Source of the DNA: Nitrosopumilaceae archaeon | Lineage (GTDB): Archaea > Thermoproteota > Nitrososphaeria > Nitrososphaerales > Nitrosopumilaceae | DNA length: 64,000 nucleotides | Reading direction: 5' to 3' | Assembly: GCA_965207375.1 (NCBI GenBank) | Contig: CBDBMG010000001.1 | Span: 64,001 to 128,000, forward strand | Shown: piece by piece, positions 43,895 to 58,690 of the stretch | Numbering within the stretch: position 1 is the stretch's first letter | Layout: every line of letters starts with the position of its first letter | Position numbers and translations under genes: made by a program | The notes under the pieces: model-generated | Seen by the model: only the letters and a program-made list of their open reading frames with translations | Told to the model about the DNA's origin: nothing | Databases searched by the model: none

Positions 43895-44171
43895 AATCGA
43901 TACCGTAACCGTATCGATATCACATAGTCTAGTTCTTAATAATGATACCAACTTTCGATCGAAATCGATGCGTCTTATAGTTAATTTTTGTCGCCATAAA
44001 ATTCGATCGAAAATTTCAATCAGTGTGAAAATTCGATCGATAATTTGGATCGATGTGAAAATTTGATCGATAATTTCAATCGATGTCAAATTTCAATCAA
44101 AAATTACTGATCGATGTGTTTAACTTCGATGATGTTTTACAGATGAATTTTTGCCCAGAAAACGCGCCATA
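43895..44171 (-). repeat. Right TIR plus subterminal ATCGAT array
   Basis: Reverse complement of the left end; lies just upstream of the transposase ATG. Confidence 0.88.
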
Positions 44172-44280
44172 TGTTTTAGAAACTTACATAATCACTGAGG
44201 GCATAGCCCGAGGTGATTATGTAACATTCCAAAGGTTTCTAGAACAATGTAGAACCGATGGATTTGAACAATAACTAATT

Positions 44281-44640
44281 TAGACTATGGTTTGCTAGCG
44301 TCTATTGCGCATGACATTGTTCCCCAAGACAATTCCAAAGGTATCTAAAACAGCGTAGAAGCGATCGATTCAAACGATAACCAAGTTAGCGAATGCCTAG
44401 CCACCATGTATATCATATAAAATTGCATTGCTATCATTATACCTCGATTTATTTTCAGCAATAGGCTAGGCCATATGTAGGATAAGTTAATTGCCATAGA
44501 AATGAATTTAACCAATCGAAAACTGCGTGCATCACAGCTGAGTAGTTAAGCGGTTTAATAACCCTGCTTGAGTATCTGTCGCATTTTAAAAGCCTAATTA
44601 CAGCAAAAATATCAAAGCATACTACACATACCATAGTCTA
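44281..44640. mobile_element. Small TIR element
   Basis: TAGACTATGGT...ACCATAGTCTA inverted ends. Confidence 0.5.
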
Positions 44641-46062
44641 ATATATATTTTTAGCAGATAAATTTTCGAGGATTAACTAACACAACCTTTTCATGGATAA
44701 AACTTGCTGTAAGGTAGCTAATTGCCATAAGGATACACACTATCCAGTTAATGGCGCCCTGCACTAAAAGTGTCAGACCGTCTTGGGTTCGGGCCGTCCA
44801 TGCCTTTCAAGTTCTGGTATAGCTCTTCAATATTCATTTTACCTTTCATTTTTACTCCAGTTCTGTAAGTATTCCTTCACTCGATCGCTCTCTATAAGTT
44901 CGGATACTTTGTGTATGGGCATCGGATATCTGGTACACAAAAATGGCAAACTTCCTCAGGAGGCCATGCTATATAGCTAGCTGCAATGGTACGTAGTAGC
45001 TATGCTCAGCTGTAAATTTAGCTCTGCTTTTTGCTGAAAGCTTGGAATACGTTCCACTAGCACTCTTGTCTAGTGCGCTCCGTGTCATCTGGCTCCACCA
45101 CAACGGCAGGCCCACCTGATGGCTAGGTAAATTATAATTTTCGTGGTTTAAATTTCGAGGATAGAGCAAAATCTGTGAAAACCTCAAAAATTTCCCCCAC
45201 GCAAAATTAACCCGCTATACAGTATTCTTTCAAGAGATAACAAGGTATGTATAAGTAGTCATTTAATAATGAAAGCATACTACATATCAATCAATAGAAT
45301 ATTGATAACCCTCTTTAGCTGGTAATAATTAACATATTTAAAAGTTTATACATATCAAAATTTCCTTTAAGCACATAGCTAGCTACTACGTAGGTTGGAG
45401 ATATGAGTATCAAGTACTGCAACAAGCTCTATAGGGATCCAACGAAAAATTGTGTAAACACTCTAATAGAACGTACGCCAAAAACCATCTTTAAAACTTC
45501 CTATGCTGTTGAAAAAACTGCCCAGATCCTCTTTCAATACTACTAAGACTATTACCGAAGTATAAAAAGCCTAGCTATATGGTATCTATATTTTTCATGT
45601 TTTTGAAAATATCCCAATTTCTCCATCTTCTTCTTCTTCTTTCGTGCATCTACAGTCCACACAAAGTCAAAATCAGAAATAAAAACTGCTGGCGTATCTT
45701 TAAAATGCCCCTACTCAGGTCTGTGATATTTTAAAAAGTTCGTTTTCTAAAGGGATTGGAAGATATGAGCCAAAACTTCCTCCATAAAGATCGAGAAGCC
45801 ATACGAACGCCCGTGGTGCATGTGCCAAAACGACCTCAACATTATGTGACCCATCTTATTGACGCCATACTGCCTGTTATAAGTGATTTTATAACTGAGC
45901 AACGTATTTCAGCTATTGATTTCAACCCTTTATTTTCATCGCTAGAAAAATAACTAAGTCCTTTATTTTCCACGTCATATATAACTGTTGAAGGTGGAGA
46001 ATAACACAGTGGATTTATCCATTCTAAGGTAAGTGCTATTGTGTGTTGTGTTAATTGTTGTA

Positions 46063-46510
46063 TTTAACCACCGCGCGTGCTTTTGTCCTGGAAGTCGGTA
46101 TGTGTGCGCACGTCTGTGTGTGTCCGCCCCTCGGGCTATTAAAGTCATTGACGCCTGAATAACCAATTTAACAAGTCCTACTGCTTTTCAGTTTCTTATA
46201 AGGCACTGGCTATCGATACTATTGATGGGAGGGGCCTTAGTAACGAACCGCGTCGTGAGTTACTGCCAAAGAGGAGCAAGGTTACGCGGTATTTGCTGTT
46301 CATTACGCGGTAAAAGCCGTTTAACCAGTTGTACATTACTAACAAGACGGAGCGCTTCAGTTTTAAAAGTAGGCGTGCTGTGCGGGTTGCGAAGCTTACA
46401 AAACAAGACTGGCCTATAGTGTTACACTAATGCGTGTAAAGAGGCCGCTAGGGAGGCTTATGAGAGCAACCCTGAAAAGAAAAAGGAGGCTGTCAGAAAG
46501 ATTTATTACG
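46063..46510 (+). mobile_element. Family A variant continuing into a probable Helentron ORF fragment
   Basis: Family A core, then ACKEAAREAYESNPEKKKEAVRKIYY in place of the usual 3' part. Confidence 0.6.
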
Positions 46511-46589
46511 TGAATAGTAAAAGATAATTGTTCATACATTTCATATGCAGGTGTCACTGTCCAGCAATGGACATGAAAAAACTAAAGAA

Positions 46590-46876
46590 ACTAGTAAATA
46601 TAAAAAATTGTTAATTTCAAAAAGGAGAATAGGGATCCTGAAAAAACTACCTAAACAAGGTGAAGATAGTGAGAGTTTGTGATTTTATTATATTTGAGTT
46701 CCCTATTTTGACTGTTGAAATGATATATGTAGTTGACCATACTCTCAGCTACTGTCAAAATAGGGATCTCAAATATAATAAAATCACAAACTCTCACTAT
46801 CTTCACCTTGTTTAGGTAGTTTTTTCAGGATCCCTATTCTCCTTTTTGAAATTAACAATTTTTTATATTTACTAGT
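46590..46876. repeat. Long near-perfect palindrome (family E-type terminal hairpin)
   Basis: ~120-bp arms ACTAG...GAATAGGGATC...AAACAAG...TCCCTATTTTGAC with a ~40-nt loop. Confidence 0.9.
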
Positions 46877-47698
46877 CAAATCATCAACTGTCAGCACTGG
46901 CATCTTATTATCAGCAACTGGTGCTTCAGTTACCAGAATACATGATGTAATATGAAAAGATTAAGCTAGTTTTATAATTTCCCTTAGAAACACAAAGTAT
47001 TTCTGAGCAACTATCTCTCAAGCTTGCAATATGTGATTATTCACATGAAAATTATGCTCTATAATCAATAAATAGAAACTGCATGTGGCTTTACTCCTGC
47101 AGAGCTATCATTTGTATGGCAACATTTGGTGACAGCTCTACAATGAGCTCAAAAATTAGCAATATAAATGATTTACTGAGCATTCTGTAACTGCACAAAT
47201 TCATTCACTTTATAGTTTGCTGCATATGTAGCACACAATGGTAGCTACTAAACTGGAAAGTGTTCTGTTGGGATTTGGAATAACTTTTTCTGTAAGTAGC
47301 TAGAAATTTGAAACAAAAGTCAATAGCTACACAGTAACACCATATGAAAACTCACCCAATCAATACTAATTTAATCATGTGATCTACGCTATTAATCTAC
47401 AAACCACTAATACTGAACTTAAGTGTAACTAATGCTATAGCTATGTATTTTGAATTTTGCATCTTATTTGCTAGCTACATAATGTAACTTCCTTAAGCAT
47501 GTATTGTTGGATTATGTATGACTTTAGTTCACAAACATCGTAAATTGGATTCTTAGTGAGACTTTTATTTTAGCAAATTGCTGGTTTCATTAAATTTAGC
47601 CACTAGCTAGCTAGCTATTGTTTGTGTCATGTGAAGTGCCCTAGCTAGCCATGGGAGTGATGTGTACTGTTACATCAATGGCACCACATATGCCAAAT

Positions 47699-47999
47699 TA
47701 GTGATGTACTGATAAGAGGTTTTCCCGATTAATTGATATTTTAATTTGCTTAGTGACCAATATCAATAACCAATCCAATGTTTATATTTTACTCTATATC
47801 TACATATTTCATGCAATATTGCAATATATTTTCTCAACTTCATATCTCAATTTCATAAATAAAATTTTGTCAGGTAGTTAAAATAACATCAATTATAATA
47901 CCCCAATTATCTGCTAATATTATACCGATTACCGATGTCTTTAAAATGTTGCCGATAAACCAATTTCCAATCTTTTCCTGAGTAATTGGTGCATCACTA
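47699..47999. mobile_element. Degenerate hAT-type MITE
   Basis: TAGTGATGTAC...GTGCATCACTA inverted ends. Confidence 0.55.
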
Positions 48000-50900
48000 T
48001 GCCAAGTGATGTGTACAAACATACATACCATTGATACTGCATTGTACGTACATTGAACATGTTGATAAAATTATGAAAACAGACCTAGTAGATATTTTGC
48101 ATGAAGACATCACTTTGCCCCTCAGCCTCCTTATTTTGCCCCCCTTAGCCAAAATTTTAAAAGAAACCCTGATGGTTTTACTGCTACTGTTACAATCAAT
48201 TTGGTACATCTAGTACTGTCAAGTACATAGCTAAGTACTTTAGAGCTTATTCAACAAGTCACATTCATAGCTACATACAACAAAAATGGATTTACATATA
48301 CACAAAAAGACCCTGTGATAAGACACACACAGATATTTATAGATCCTAACCAGGCACACTAACCCTAGTTGTAAAAACTGCCTATGAAGTGCATCCGTCC
48401 ACTTTGTATCTCTCCATGAAGTGTATGTATTTTGCCCCATAAAGATTGCACTATATGATAATATACATTAACTTGGAAACTAGCTATATAGTAGCAAAAT
48501 ATATATTATGTCTTTCACTTTGCATCCAAATAATTTCTTGGTATATATTACAATTCCAATGATACAATTGTCTGAACATTTATTTCAGCTCTAATATCCA
48601 ATAGTGCTAACTACTAGCTAACTAGCTAATTAGTTACAGAATAATTTTACCAGTGCTTTTGTGTAGTTAATTGTGGACATCCTGGAGCTATAGCTAATGG
48701 AAATGTTACTCTTACAAGCACTAATCTGGGCTCCACTGTAACCTATACCTGTCATGTACCATTTGTCCTGTGTGGTGATGATACAAGGACATGTTTAACT
48801 ACTGGAATGTGGTCAGGATCAATACCCAGCTGTAATTTGATCAGTGAGTACCAGTATTTATAACCAGGAACTGTTACTGATTTACATTGGTCTACAGGGA
48901 GTGTAGTTACAGTTAAACGTACCACATATACAGTTAAAGAGAGTGATGGTTTTGTTGATATTACCATATTAGTTGATACACCAAATTGCCATGCTATCAG
49001 TGTAACTCTCCACCCAAAAGAACAAACACCTGTAGATGCTACTGGTAAGATTAAGAATCAAGCTTGTTAAGATATTCCCTATCATCTCTTTAGTTGCTGA
49101 TTTTGATAGCACTCCTATTAGAGTTACTATTTTGCCTGGAGACACTGATGTTACAGTGTCCATTCCAATTGTAAATGATACAATAGTGGAAGGAGAGGAG
49201 AGGTTTGATGTCCTGCTTGAAGCCAGTGGTATTGGAGTAGTTTTAGGAGATCCAAGACAAGCAGAAGTAACTATTGCTGGTAAGAAGAGTGAGATTTTTA
49301 TCATGGACCACGATAGTGGTTCAAATAATCTGTAAAACATCAAAACATCATACAAACACTCTAGAATTCCTTTATATGTACAATACGTATATGGTGTAGC
49401 CATAGTAATAGTAATAGCTATAGCTATAAATAATATCCCACAGGTATTGCATGATCTATGCCTAGTGATAGTTTATAAGCGGGAATTTGTTAATTGACAA
49501 GCCAAAGTCACTGTCAATTCACCTACAGTTAACCATATACGTAACACAGTTACACATTGTGCGCAGTACCATATTGGGTAGCTATAGTGAACTAGCTATG
49601 TAGATGTGCATGGTTCACAAAAAGAAAGCACAACATCTATCAACTTCAATGCAAGAACAATAAACCAAGCAATTTTTATGAACATGATTGATGAGAAAGT
49701 TGAAGAGATTGAATCGATGATAGCTACATCATACTTTGACCTTGTACATTTGATCAGCAACAATATTATCTTCCAAGATTATTACTTAACCGATGGCAAC
49801 AAAAGTAAGTGATAATTGTGTTTTTGTTTTCTTTAGCTATACTAGCAATCCATTGACAGTACCCAACTTTTTCTTTAGTAAACTAAAGGTAAACTGACAG
49901 CATTAATTATGCAAATGTTGAAAGTCTCTAACTGTGGATCAACCGATCAAGATTTAGACACAAAGTAGCTACAGAGCCAGAAATAAGGGCTATGAAGTGT
50001 TCAGAAACATGTCAACACAAGATAACATCTAACTATGTCCATTAACATGTTACAGAATATGAGCAACCAAATATTCAAAAGAACTAGCTAACTAGCTTGC
50101 AATATAGTTGTAGTGGCTAGCTAGCTAGTGTGTAAAAAGTTATAAAAGGTAGGCATATTTTAATATGCCATATTGTATTTGTTTATTCACACTTATAAGT
50201 GTTTGTACAGTGACACCCCTGCGGCACAAAAAGGAAACGAATTGAAAAGGAAAATACCATAACAGAGTAAGCGATATACTGTAGCTAATTGTGACTTATC
50301 CCTACATAGCTAAGTGATGAGCGTGTTAGTAGCTACAGGTAAGGATTATTGTAATAATAAATTCAGGTTTGTATGTAGTGATGTTGCCAGTGAGTTAATT
50401 GATGCTTTAGCAAAAAACTTTAACTGTTATATCAAGAGTCCATTATAGGCTATATGGTTAACTAATGAACAAAAATCTTCTTGGGTATCTAGATAAAATT
50501 AATTCACTATATTTGACACTACCATAAGTGGCAAAATGTTCAGTGGAGGGATTAAACTAAATGGCATATGCAAACTTTCATTTTTAGTTTTGGTATAAAA
50601 CCTCAGTACCAAATATAGTTCATAATTGCATTCATAACATTAAAGATAAAGCATACTGGAGATAGAGTATAACTTAATTGTAGTGCAGTGGGCCCTAGCC
50701 CCCCCAACTCTGAAAAGGCAGGGGTAGAGCCCTCTAAAAATAAGCCAGTGTATGCTCTAATATAACAGTCAATACCAAGCAGTGGATAGGGCAACTTTAT
50801 AAATTTCAATACCAGCAGTGCTAGTCTCCCAACTCTAATTTGCTTCTGCCACCTCTGTGACTAAGAGGATAATAGGTGGGAGCTAGAATAGTTAAGTTTC

Positions 50901-52011
50901 CCCCAACTTTGCAAATGGAGGAGCGAAGTACCCCAAAAACAATGATTTGTGATGTCATAGCTGTATGTACATTGTACACATCATAATAATGTTACTGTCA
51001 TAGTAATAATGTTACTGTCATAGGGACCTGTATATTGATGATAGCTGCAGATAGTATATATATACGTATAACGTACGTATATAGAAGGTAATTATAACGA
51101 ATAATTATTATACTGAATAACAAGTCTTCTTATCTCCACACCCATAGATGCAATGAAATTATATGACTACAGTTGAGTCAGCATGCATGCATGACTTTTG
51201 CATTATATCTGTCAACCATGTAAGTACATACACCTAATTGTATCATGATGAAAAATTTTAAAGCATTTATTGTCCTTAAAAAAGCATAACTACATTACTA
51301 GCTACATAGCTACACATGCAGTTACCCAATTAATGGTACAAATTTGACACAATAGAATTTAGATTGTTTGCTTATTCACAAAGGAAATGGTTTATTGAAG
51401 GTGTATGGCCAGTTAGATGTGCAGACAAGCTCCTTTCAGTCCCTACGTCTTTGATCAGAGTGGAATGGTGGCACAAACTGTTTGGCAATATGACTGTGTA
51501 AACTTTTCCATAATTAATATAATCTCCACATCCTACTGAATGATTTAGTGATTTTATTGTACATAGATTGTAATCGTGGGGTATTTTTATTAACACCCAC
51601 TCAGCTGACTCAGGAGCTCGAGGCACCATCATTAATGCCACAGTGACAGTGACATACAGGTACCACAGAACATATAGTTGGCTGATCTGTCACTATATAG
51701 AGTCATGAGTCCATCATATCTTGCTCATATGCATGTTGCTGTACAGCATGTACATGATAAAATCTATGTCACTGGGGTTAATAGTTATATTTATTTTGGC
51801 ATTATTTATTGTACCTCAGCCCTAATATAGCTAGCTATAGCTATAGGGTCATAGCTATTATTGTAAACCTATAGCAACAATTTTTGTAAAATTTTTCGTG
51901 ATCATGATCCTTGCAATTTTATATAGCTATAGTACTTAAAATTTTATGTCTGCAGTTGTGAATACTTCTATATCTAGCTATATAGCTACAAAGTGTACCA
52001 TAAAAAGTAAA

Positions 52012-52264
52012 CGAACTAGCATTTAAAAAATTATAATTTAGAAAGGGAGTAGGGATTGCAACAAAAAGTAAGGAAACAAGTAGCAAACTAGCTATAATAG
52101 TTGGCTAGCCTGAGAGCACCCAAATCTACAAGATTTAATCCCTACTTTGGTAGATGTATAGCTTCATATTTAAGCATCATGCATATGCATATAGCCTGTC
52201 AAAGTAGGCATTAAATCTTGTAGATTTGGGCGCTCTCAGGCTAGCAAACCATTATAGCTAGTTT
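52012..52264. repeat. Family E-type hairpin with truncated right arm
   Basis: ACTAG..AAAAATT..GGGAGTAGGGAT..CAAAAAGTAAGGAAACAAG, then ~65-bp arms around a ~48-nt loop. Confidence 0.8.
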
Positions 52265-55200
52265 AATAAAGTGCATCTGTCAATATTTCCCCATCAAAAA
52301 ATTGCACTATACTGTAATTCACAACAATTCATACACTATAACAAAGTACCTACGTATGTTAAAAATGGTTATAATACAATAATTATATACTAGTATATAA
52401 GTGCTTATCTTTTGTGTTATTGTTTTAATAGGAGCTAGCAGTGATAGTAGCTCAGATGATAATAATGGAACAATCATTGCTTTGGCTACAATATTGGCTA
52501 TTGCTGTATCTGGACTGGTGATTTCTGTAATCATTAATGTATTCTTTATTGTACAACGTAAACAATCAAGGTATGTTATAGCTAGTAGCTGTACATTGTA
52601 TGTACGTAGCTATATAGCTATTTGTTAAAGATATGATGTTAATCAGAGTAGCATTGGATGCAGTGATGTCAAGCAATCAGTATCAAGAGACAACACCATT
52701 ACAGATACTATGAACAAGCATAATAAACCATCTGCAGAATATGAACTTGCACAAGTTGAGAATATAAATCTTGGTTGCACTGTTAAAATGGATACTAATC
52801 CTGCTTATCTGATCTTGTAAGAAGTCAGAAGTGTAAACATAAACGATGTACTGATCATATTTCCATTAAATGTAACTACCCTAAATAATTGGCTATGTAT
52901 AGTTGTAATTATACCTGTGGTGTGTGTAATATTATCTTTACCAGCTAGCTAGCTAGTAGTGTGTAGTAAATAGCCATTGCTATGCACATTATTCTGTTAT
53001 CATTAAATATGGTAGTAGCTACATAGCTATTTAATAGTAGGGATTAGCATGAAAATAGTTTTCAACTCCATAACAAGACCTTACAGCAAGAAATGTATTG
53101 GCAACTCAATAATACTATATGTAAACGTTGTACATGCACTTTCTAAATGCATGAAAAATTCCATCAATGCAATTTGTAGCAAAAGAATTCTTACGACTGC
53201 CTGCTGACCTATAAGTGACCTTCCTTAAGACCTAAGAGTATGGCTCCAAAGTTTTTACTCAACAAAGGTATAAATTAATGTTAAAGATAGACAGCTACCA
53301 GTACAGTCAACAACTCTATACTGTTTCACTGCATGGAGAGATACAAAGTTAATTTGTTATGTACTGTCATTAATGATATTCATGTCAATTATTCATTACA
53401 AATAAACTGGTACAAAGGAAATAAGCTCATAAATACCAGTGAGAAAACATAATTTGCTATATAATGAAACCGTTAAAGATTCTAGACAACTTATATAATT
53501 AAATCAACACTAACACTTGACCTTGTAAACCCTACTGATGATGGAGTGTACACAGACAAGAACTTTCAATCATTGTGATCTGCACTCTGAATCAAAAACA
53601 AATTAATCATTGAATGTGAGTTTATAGCTAATAATAATTTAATGTTTCTTCATTCAGATGGTCCATGTGTTTCCATAGTAAATCAGTCACCTTACATGAC
53701 TACTGTGAGCAGTGTGGGGACAATAATTATACTGTCAAGCTAGCAGTAAACCTATTCCCACAGTACAGTGGTACAATGATAACTTTCTTGTTTAGCTACT
53801 TATCTCCATCAAATTTCCAGGTGTTTTTAGTTCCACACACTACAGTGTACACTTGTGTAGGTGTATATTATGGTGAGAAACATAATTATAGGATTTACAA
53901 ATTGTACATGTAGCTATAGCCAAAAGGTAAGGGAAATACTTAAGCATTTAACAGCAACTATATGTGCATGGTCTTATTGCCATAAAAATTTTTGAGTCTT
54001 TCAAGTTTAATAACTCTTTTCTGAACACAATAGTTTAGCACTAACTTCACCATGTAGCTAGCACAAATCCTAAGCAATTCAATAAAACTTACAGAATTTG
54101 AATAGCACCTACAGAACAAGAGATAGATACCATAATACACATGGGTGTATTTTCGGGCAATAAGACTGGTTTTGTCAGACCGGGTCACATATAGCTATAG
54201 CTATTTTTGCAGTTAGCTATATAGATAGTAGTTAGCTAATTATTACATATAATAACTTGGCCAATTGATAGTTTTCAACATACTAGTACTATCATAATGA
54301 TTTTCTAATATTGAAACTCTAGATCTAGGGATTTGTCAAAATTTTATCATTCAAAGTTTCTCCAGCAGCTATAAAGCTGTTGCATTTAGCTACTCATCAA
54401 ATTTTACCTAACCCTGTAGTTAGGCCTAATTTGTCAAAATTTTCCACTGTCAAAATTTTGTGTTAGCTATAGCTATATCAGCTAATATGAATATAAATAA
54501 CATGAATAGTTAGCTAGATATATGTTAGCTACGTATGTAATATGAATTATAAACAGTTAAATGCACCTATAAACTTTTCCTTTAACACACATTTATGTAC
54601 AACAGCTTGTCGTATTGCTGCATTTAATTTAATTAGCTAGATAGCTGGTGTAGTTACGCATGTATAGCTAGATCTAGTTTATAGAAATTAGCTATTTTTT
54701 CTGAATGGTGTGAACATGTACGTACGTAGGTGTGTGCATGTTTGTACGTCTACTCTACATAGCTACGTATCGATATTGTAGTTTATAGCTAATAATATAG
54801 CTAGTTATATTAGCTATTTTAATTTTATGTTGTTATAGCTATTGTACGTATAAATAGTTGTTGTATCTTAGTTGGGGGTATCCCTATAGGCTCTGCCTTT
54901 GTACCTCCAGTGTTATTAATTATAATTAATTAAAGAGAAACATTGATGAATGACCCTTCAAGAAGGTAGCTATCCTGAAGGCGGTAAACACCTAATTTCT
55001 CATTATTGACCAATCAGTCTAACTCCATAGGTCTGTAAATCCATCAGAATCCATCCCTTGTTGGAACGTCAGAATTATTATGTCAGACTCCCAATTTGGT
55101 TTGTCATAAATGTTCTACCACTCATTTAATTTACTGCCATGTTTCTCAGGTTGCTTGTGAAATGCAATATCACATTATTTAACAAGTGACATGATATACG

Positions 55201-56554
55201 TAGCTAGTTACTATCAAAATCAATGCAGGATCACATGTTTGTCAAATTTTTGGCTATGTGCTGGAATTTAATTTGCTAGCACAGTCTGAAGAAGTGAACA
55301 GTCACCCTCCTTAGTTGTGTGATGCAAACAATTTCACTGAGGATCAATAGTAATGTGAAGTACAAAAAGAGGTCCTAAACTTGAGCCTTGATCATGATGA
55401 AGCACACCAGCTGAAACATGTACATGTGCCCACAGAGGTCCATTTAAAACAATGTGTTGGCGATGTTTAGTAGGAAACTTGAGAGATCTAGAACACTACT
55501 GTATGTAATACCATGTTTTTCAGGTCTGTAGAGGAGTGGTTTTGAAAGCCACCAGAACCTTCAACATAATATATTTTTATGTGTGCATGCTGCTGCAAAG
55601 AATTATAAGGCATTTTTCTCTCTAATGTTGCCAATTCTTGAGTCTACTTCACCAGCTTGGCTGCAATACACCAAAAAGGTGAGCACTTTCAAAATGCTAT
55701 ATATACGTGTAGCTATATACACGTGTGCCCAAATACCTAGAGCCCAAAGTGACTACATAAACGTTTTCATATAGCCACTGGTGAATAATCCGTACCTACA
55801 TTCTACATACAACAATGGGAGGGTAAGGTTGTCAAAAGGAAGTCACCTTGCTGACAGTAGGAATTGGTGAGTGATAGGCTTCAATTTTCTGTGGTTCACC
55901 CAACTCCAAATTAAAGAAATTTCAAGTCTGGTTCAAGTCGAACTCCTAAGGTCAATGGTTGATGGCTTGATGCTGCTCTAGCTGATCAAACAAACAAGCT
56001 ATCAAAATCTTCTCTAATACAGAAAACTGGATAATCACTAGATTCGGCAAATATCACCTGCTTCATGGATTGATAATCACTATATATTGTCGTATAGCTA
56101 ATTATAAGTAGTGTCCCAAGTATCGCGTGATCACTTCTGCCTAAAGGATCACCAAAACAAATAATTATGTTTTCTCCACTAGCAATTAAGTACAATATCG
56201 GATTTTTCTGACCATCCAGATCTATTGCCGCTTTATGAGACGTAATCGTTGTTGCGTAAGATCACGTGACCATGGCTCGCGTGATATTTGAGAGGTGAAT
56301 CTTGGTGGTGGGCATGTTATTTCAGTTTAATGTACGAGAATGAAATTATTTGTACAATTTGTGCTTTTGATGTTACTGTCATGTAATGACCCATGCTGCA
56401 GCGAGAAAACCTTCATTCCAGGATGCGGTACGTTCTGCATTCATATGATACCCGGTCAGATAGTTGTACGCATATGTAAAGCCAGGCAAACTTGATCACT
56501 TGTTTCTTATTACCACCCGCATGACTCCAAACACTACCGCCTTAAATTTCAGTA

Positions 56555-57970
56555 TCATTAAGTACGGTAGTACTTAATAGTATCATTAAGTACGGTAGTA
56601 CTTAATAGTAGGGATCGATAAGGAATGTATGGAATGCGGAATTTTCGCACGTCTAAAAACCCACCTTACAATATGCTTTAGCCGAAAAAACCAACTTAAA
56701 CGCACTGGCACAGCTATAATAATGCTTTACATTTGTTTAACAAAGCGAAATGTCGATTATTTCGATCTATAGTGAATTTTAAAAAATTCGAAAATCACCT
56801 GGATTTCGTCTGCCAGTCTGCCGGACTGCCGTAAGACCGAGTTCCGCTAGGTGTATGGCTCCAGAAATTCAGCACAGCAAAGATTATCCCTTCCCATTTA
56901 CGAAACTGTTGTTCCGAAGACGATTTATCCACTGCGCCATGGTGATTCTTTTATACTTCCTTTCTTTACTTTCTTCTCTATCGATTGGAATGCGTAAACA
57001 ATTTCAGCTTGACCACAACATTCCATACAAGGTGTAAACAGGTACAATAATGCGCGCCTGCCGTTTTATAGTTACAAATCGCTTCATGCATGGAATGTTG
57101 CATATCTCCTCGATGTTGTCAGAGGGAATGTTGTGTTACGGCTTAGAAGCATTCTAGGCTACAATACTTAAATATTACGCATGCGCATACACACACGTGG
57201 TTGCTATCCCATTACACAAAAACACACAGCATCAACTTACGCCACATCCACTGTTACATTACTTGATAACTAAAAACGACTATACTCTATACGACTCCAT
57301 AAATTATAACTAAACTAATTCAACTGAAACGCACACCAGTCTTAATCTCGCACGCCAGATTAATTGACGCGCCAGACTAATTTACGCGCCAGCCGCTTAT
57401 CGATGTTCCTGATTATAAGCTGAACATCGACAAGCGGCTGGACAAATATATTCGCTGTTTTTAAAGGACGTAATTTGCTTGCACAGCTGCTTTGCTATAC
57501 AAGCAGGTTGTTAACAAGCGCCTATAAAGAAGCCATAATTATGTAAGCGCCTGTATAATTTTGTGTAGCTGCTATATAGGCACCTGAATGATTATTATAA
57601 TGCCCTAACAAACTAGAATAATAAAAAATTTAAAATTTAAATGGTGAGTAGGGATCGAAGGGATCCACTAGTACAGTGCTACAAAAAGTAAGGAAACAAG
57701 AAATAAGATTCTGGCACGAATGAACACTGAAGATTCTGGCAAGAGATAATTTATAAAAGTTTAATCCCTACTTTTGGCAAATGTACTATAATGACTAATA
57801 TGAGCCAAAAGTAGGGATTAAACTTTTATAAATTATCTCTTGCCAGAATCTTCAGTGTTCATTCGTGCCAGAATCTTATTTCTTGTTTCCTTACTTTTTG
57901 TAGCACTGTACTAGTGGATCCCTTCGATCCCTACTCACCATTTAAATTTTAAATTTTTTATTATTCTTGT
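56555..57970 (+). mobile_element. Family E element, full length, absent from duplicate copy 1
   Basis: A|TCATTAAGTACGGTAGTACTTAATAG (tandemly doubled) then TAGGGATC. 3' hairpin with ~164-bp arms (57615-57778 and 57804-57967). Confidence 0.8.
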
Positions 57971-58690
57971 TTAGAGTAAGTGCTGGTATTATGGGACATG
58001 TAAGTGTTATGTGATCTCTACAGTAACATATTATGCATTGACATCTGAATTTTGGTTACCAGAGACCTTTGTCATTACACTATCTGTGAAAGTAGTTCCA
58101 GAAATGCAGCTCATTTTATTGCTTGAGTGGAAGTCTCATAAGTTCACTCCCTGTTGTACCAATTATGAGGCATGTGTGGGATTTATGAGACATGTAAATA
58201 TCACACTATAATGAATGCTATCATGTTATAACTTGACACCAGATCTTCTGAAGTAGTTACGTAACTTGCTGGAATAAGGTGAAAATTCATATGCATACCT
58301 GTCTTTGAGCAAATAGTGCAAAGCTATATATATGCCACACTCTGATGCAAAAACATCAGGCACATGTTCTGGGTTCATGCACCGTATTTAGAATATTCAT
58401 AATAGTTCTCTATCTCTTCAGTGGCAACAACATAGACAGGAAAGGGCTTAGCATTATTGTATTTTTGTTTATCTGGACAAAACTTGTACTGTCTCATAAT
58501 TCCCCCTGTCTCATAATACCAACGCTTACTCTATGAATTCATTATTTATTCAAATTTTAAAATGTCTTCACCTCTCACCCCATTGTAAAAAGTATCGAGT
58601 TTGGACTACTCATAACTGATGATACCTTTCTTGGCATTTTATGCACCTGTTAAATAAGTTTCAGTCCAACCAGCTCATTCTGCATGGTTA

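Noticed and set aside
55390-55425. Possible hammerhead ribozyme (ATGATGA-AGC..GCT-GAAAC; also CTGATGA at ~53535)
   Set aside because: Core deviates from CUGANGA...GAAA, or stems I and III could not be formed.
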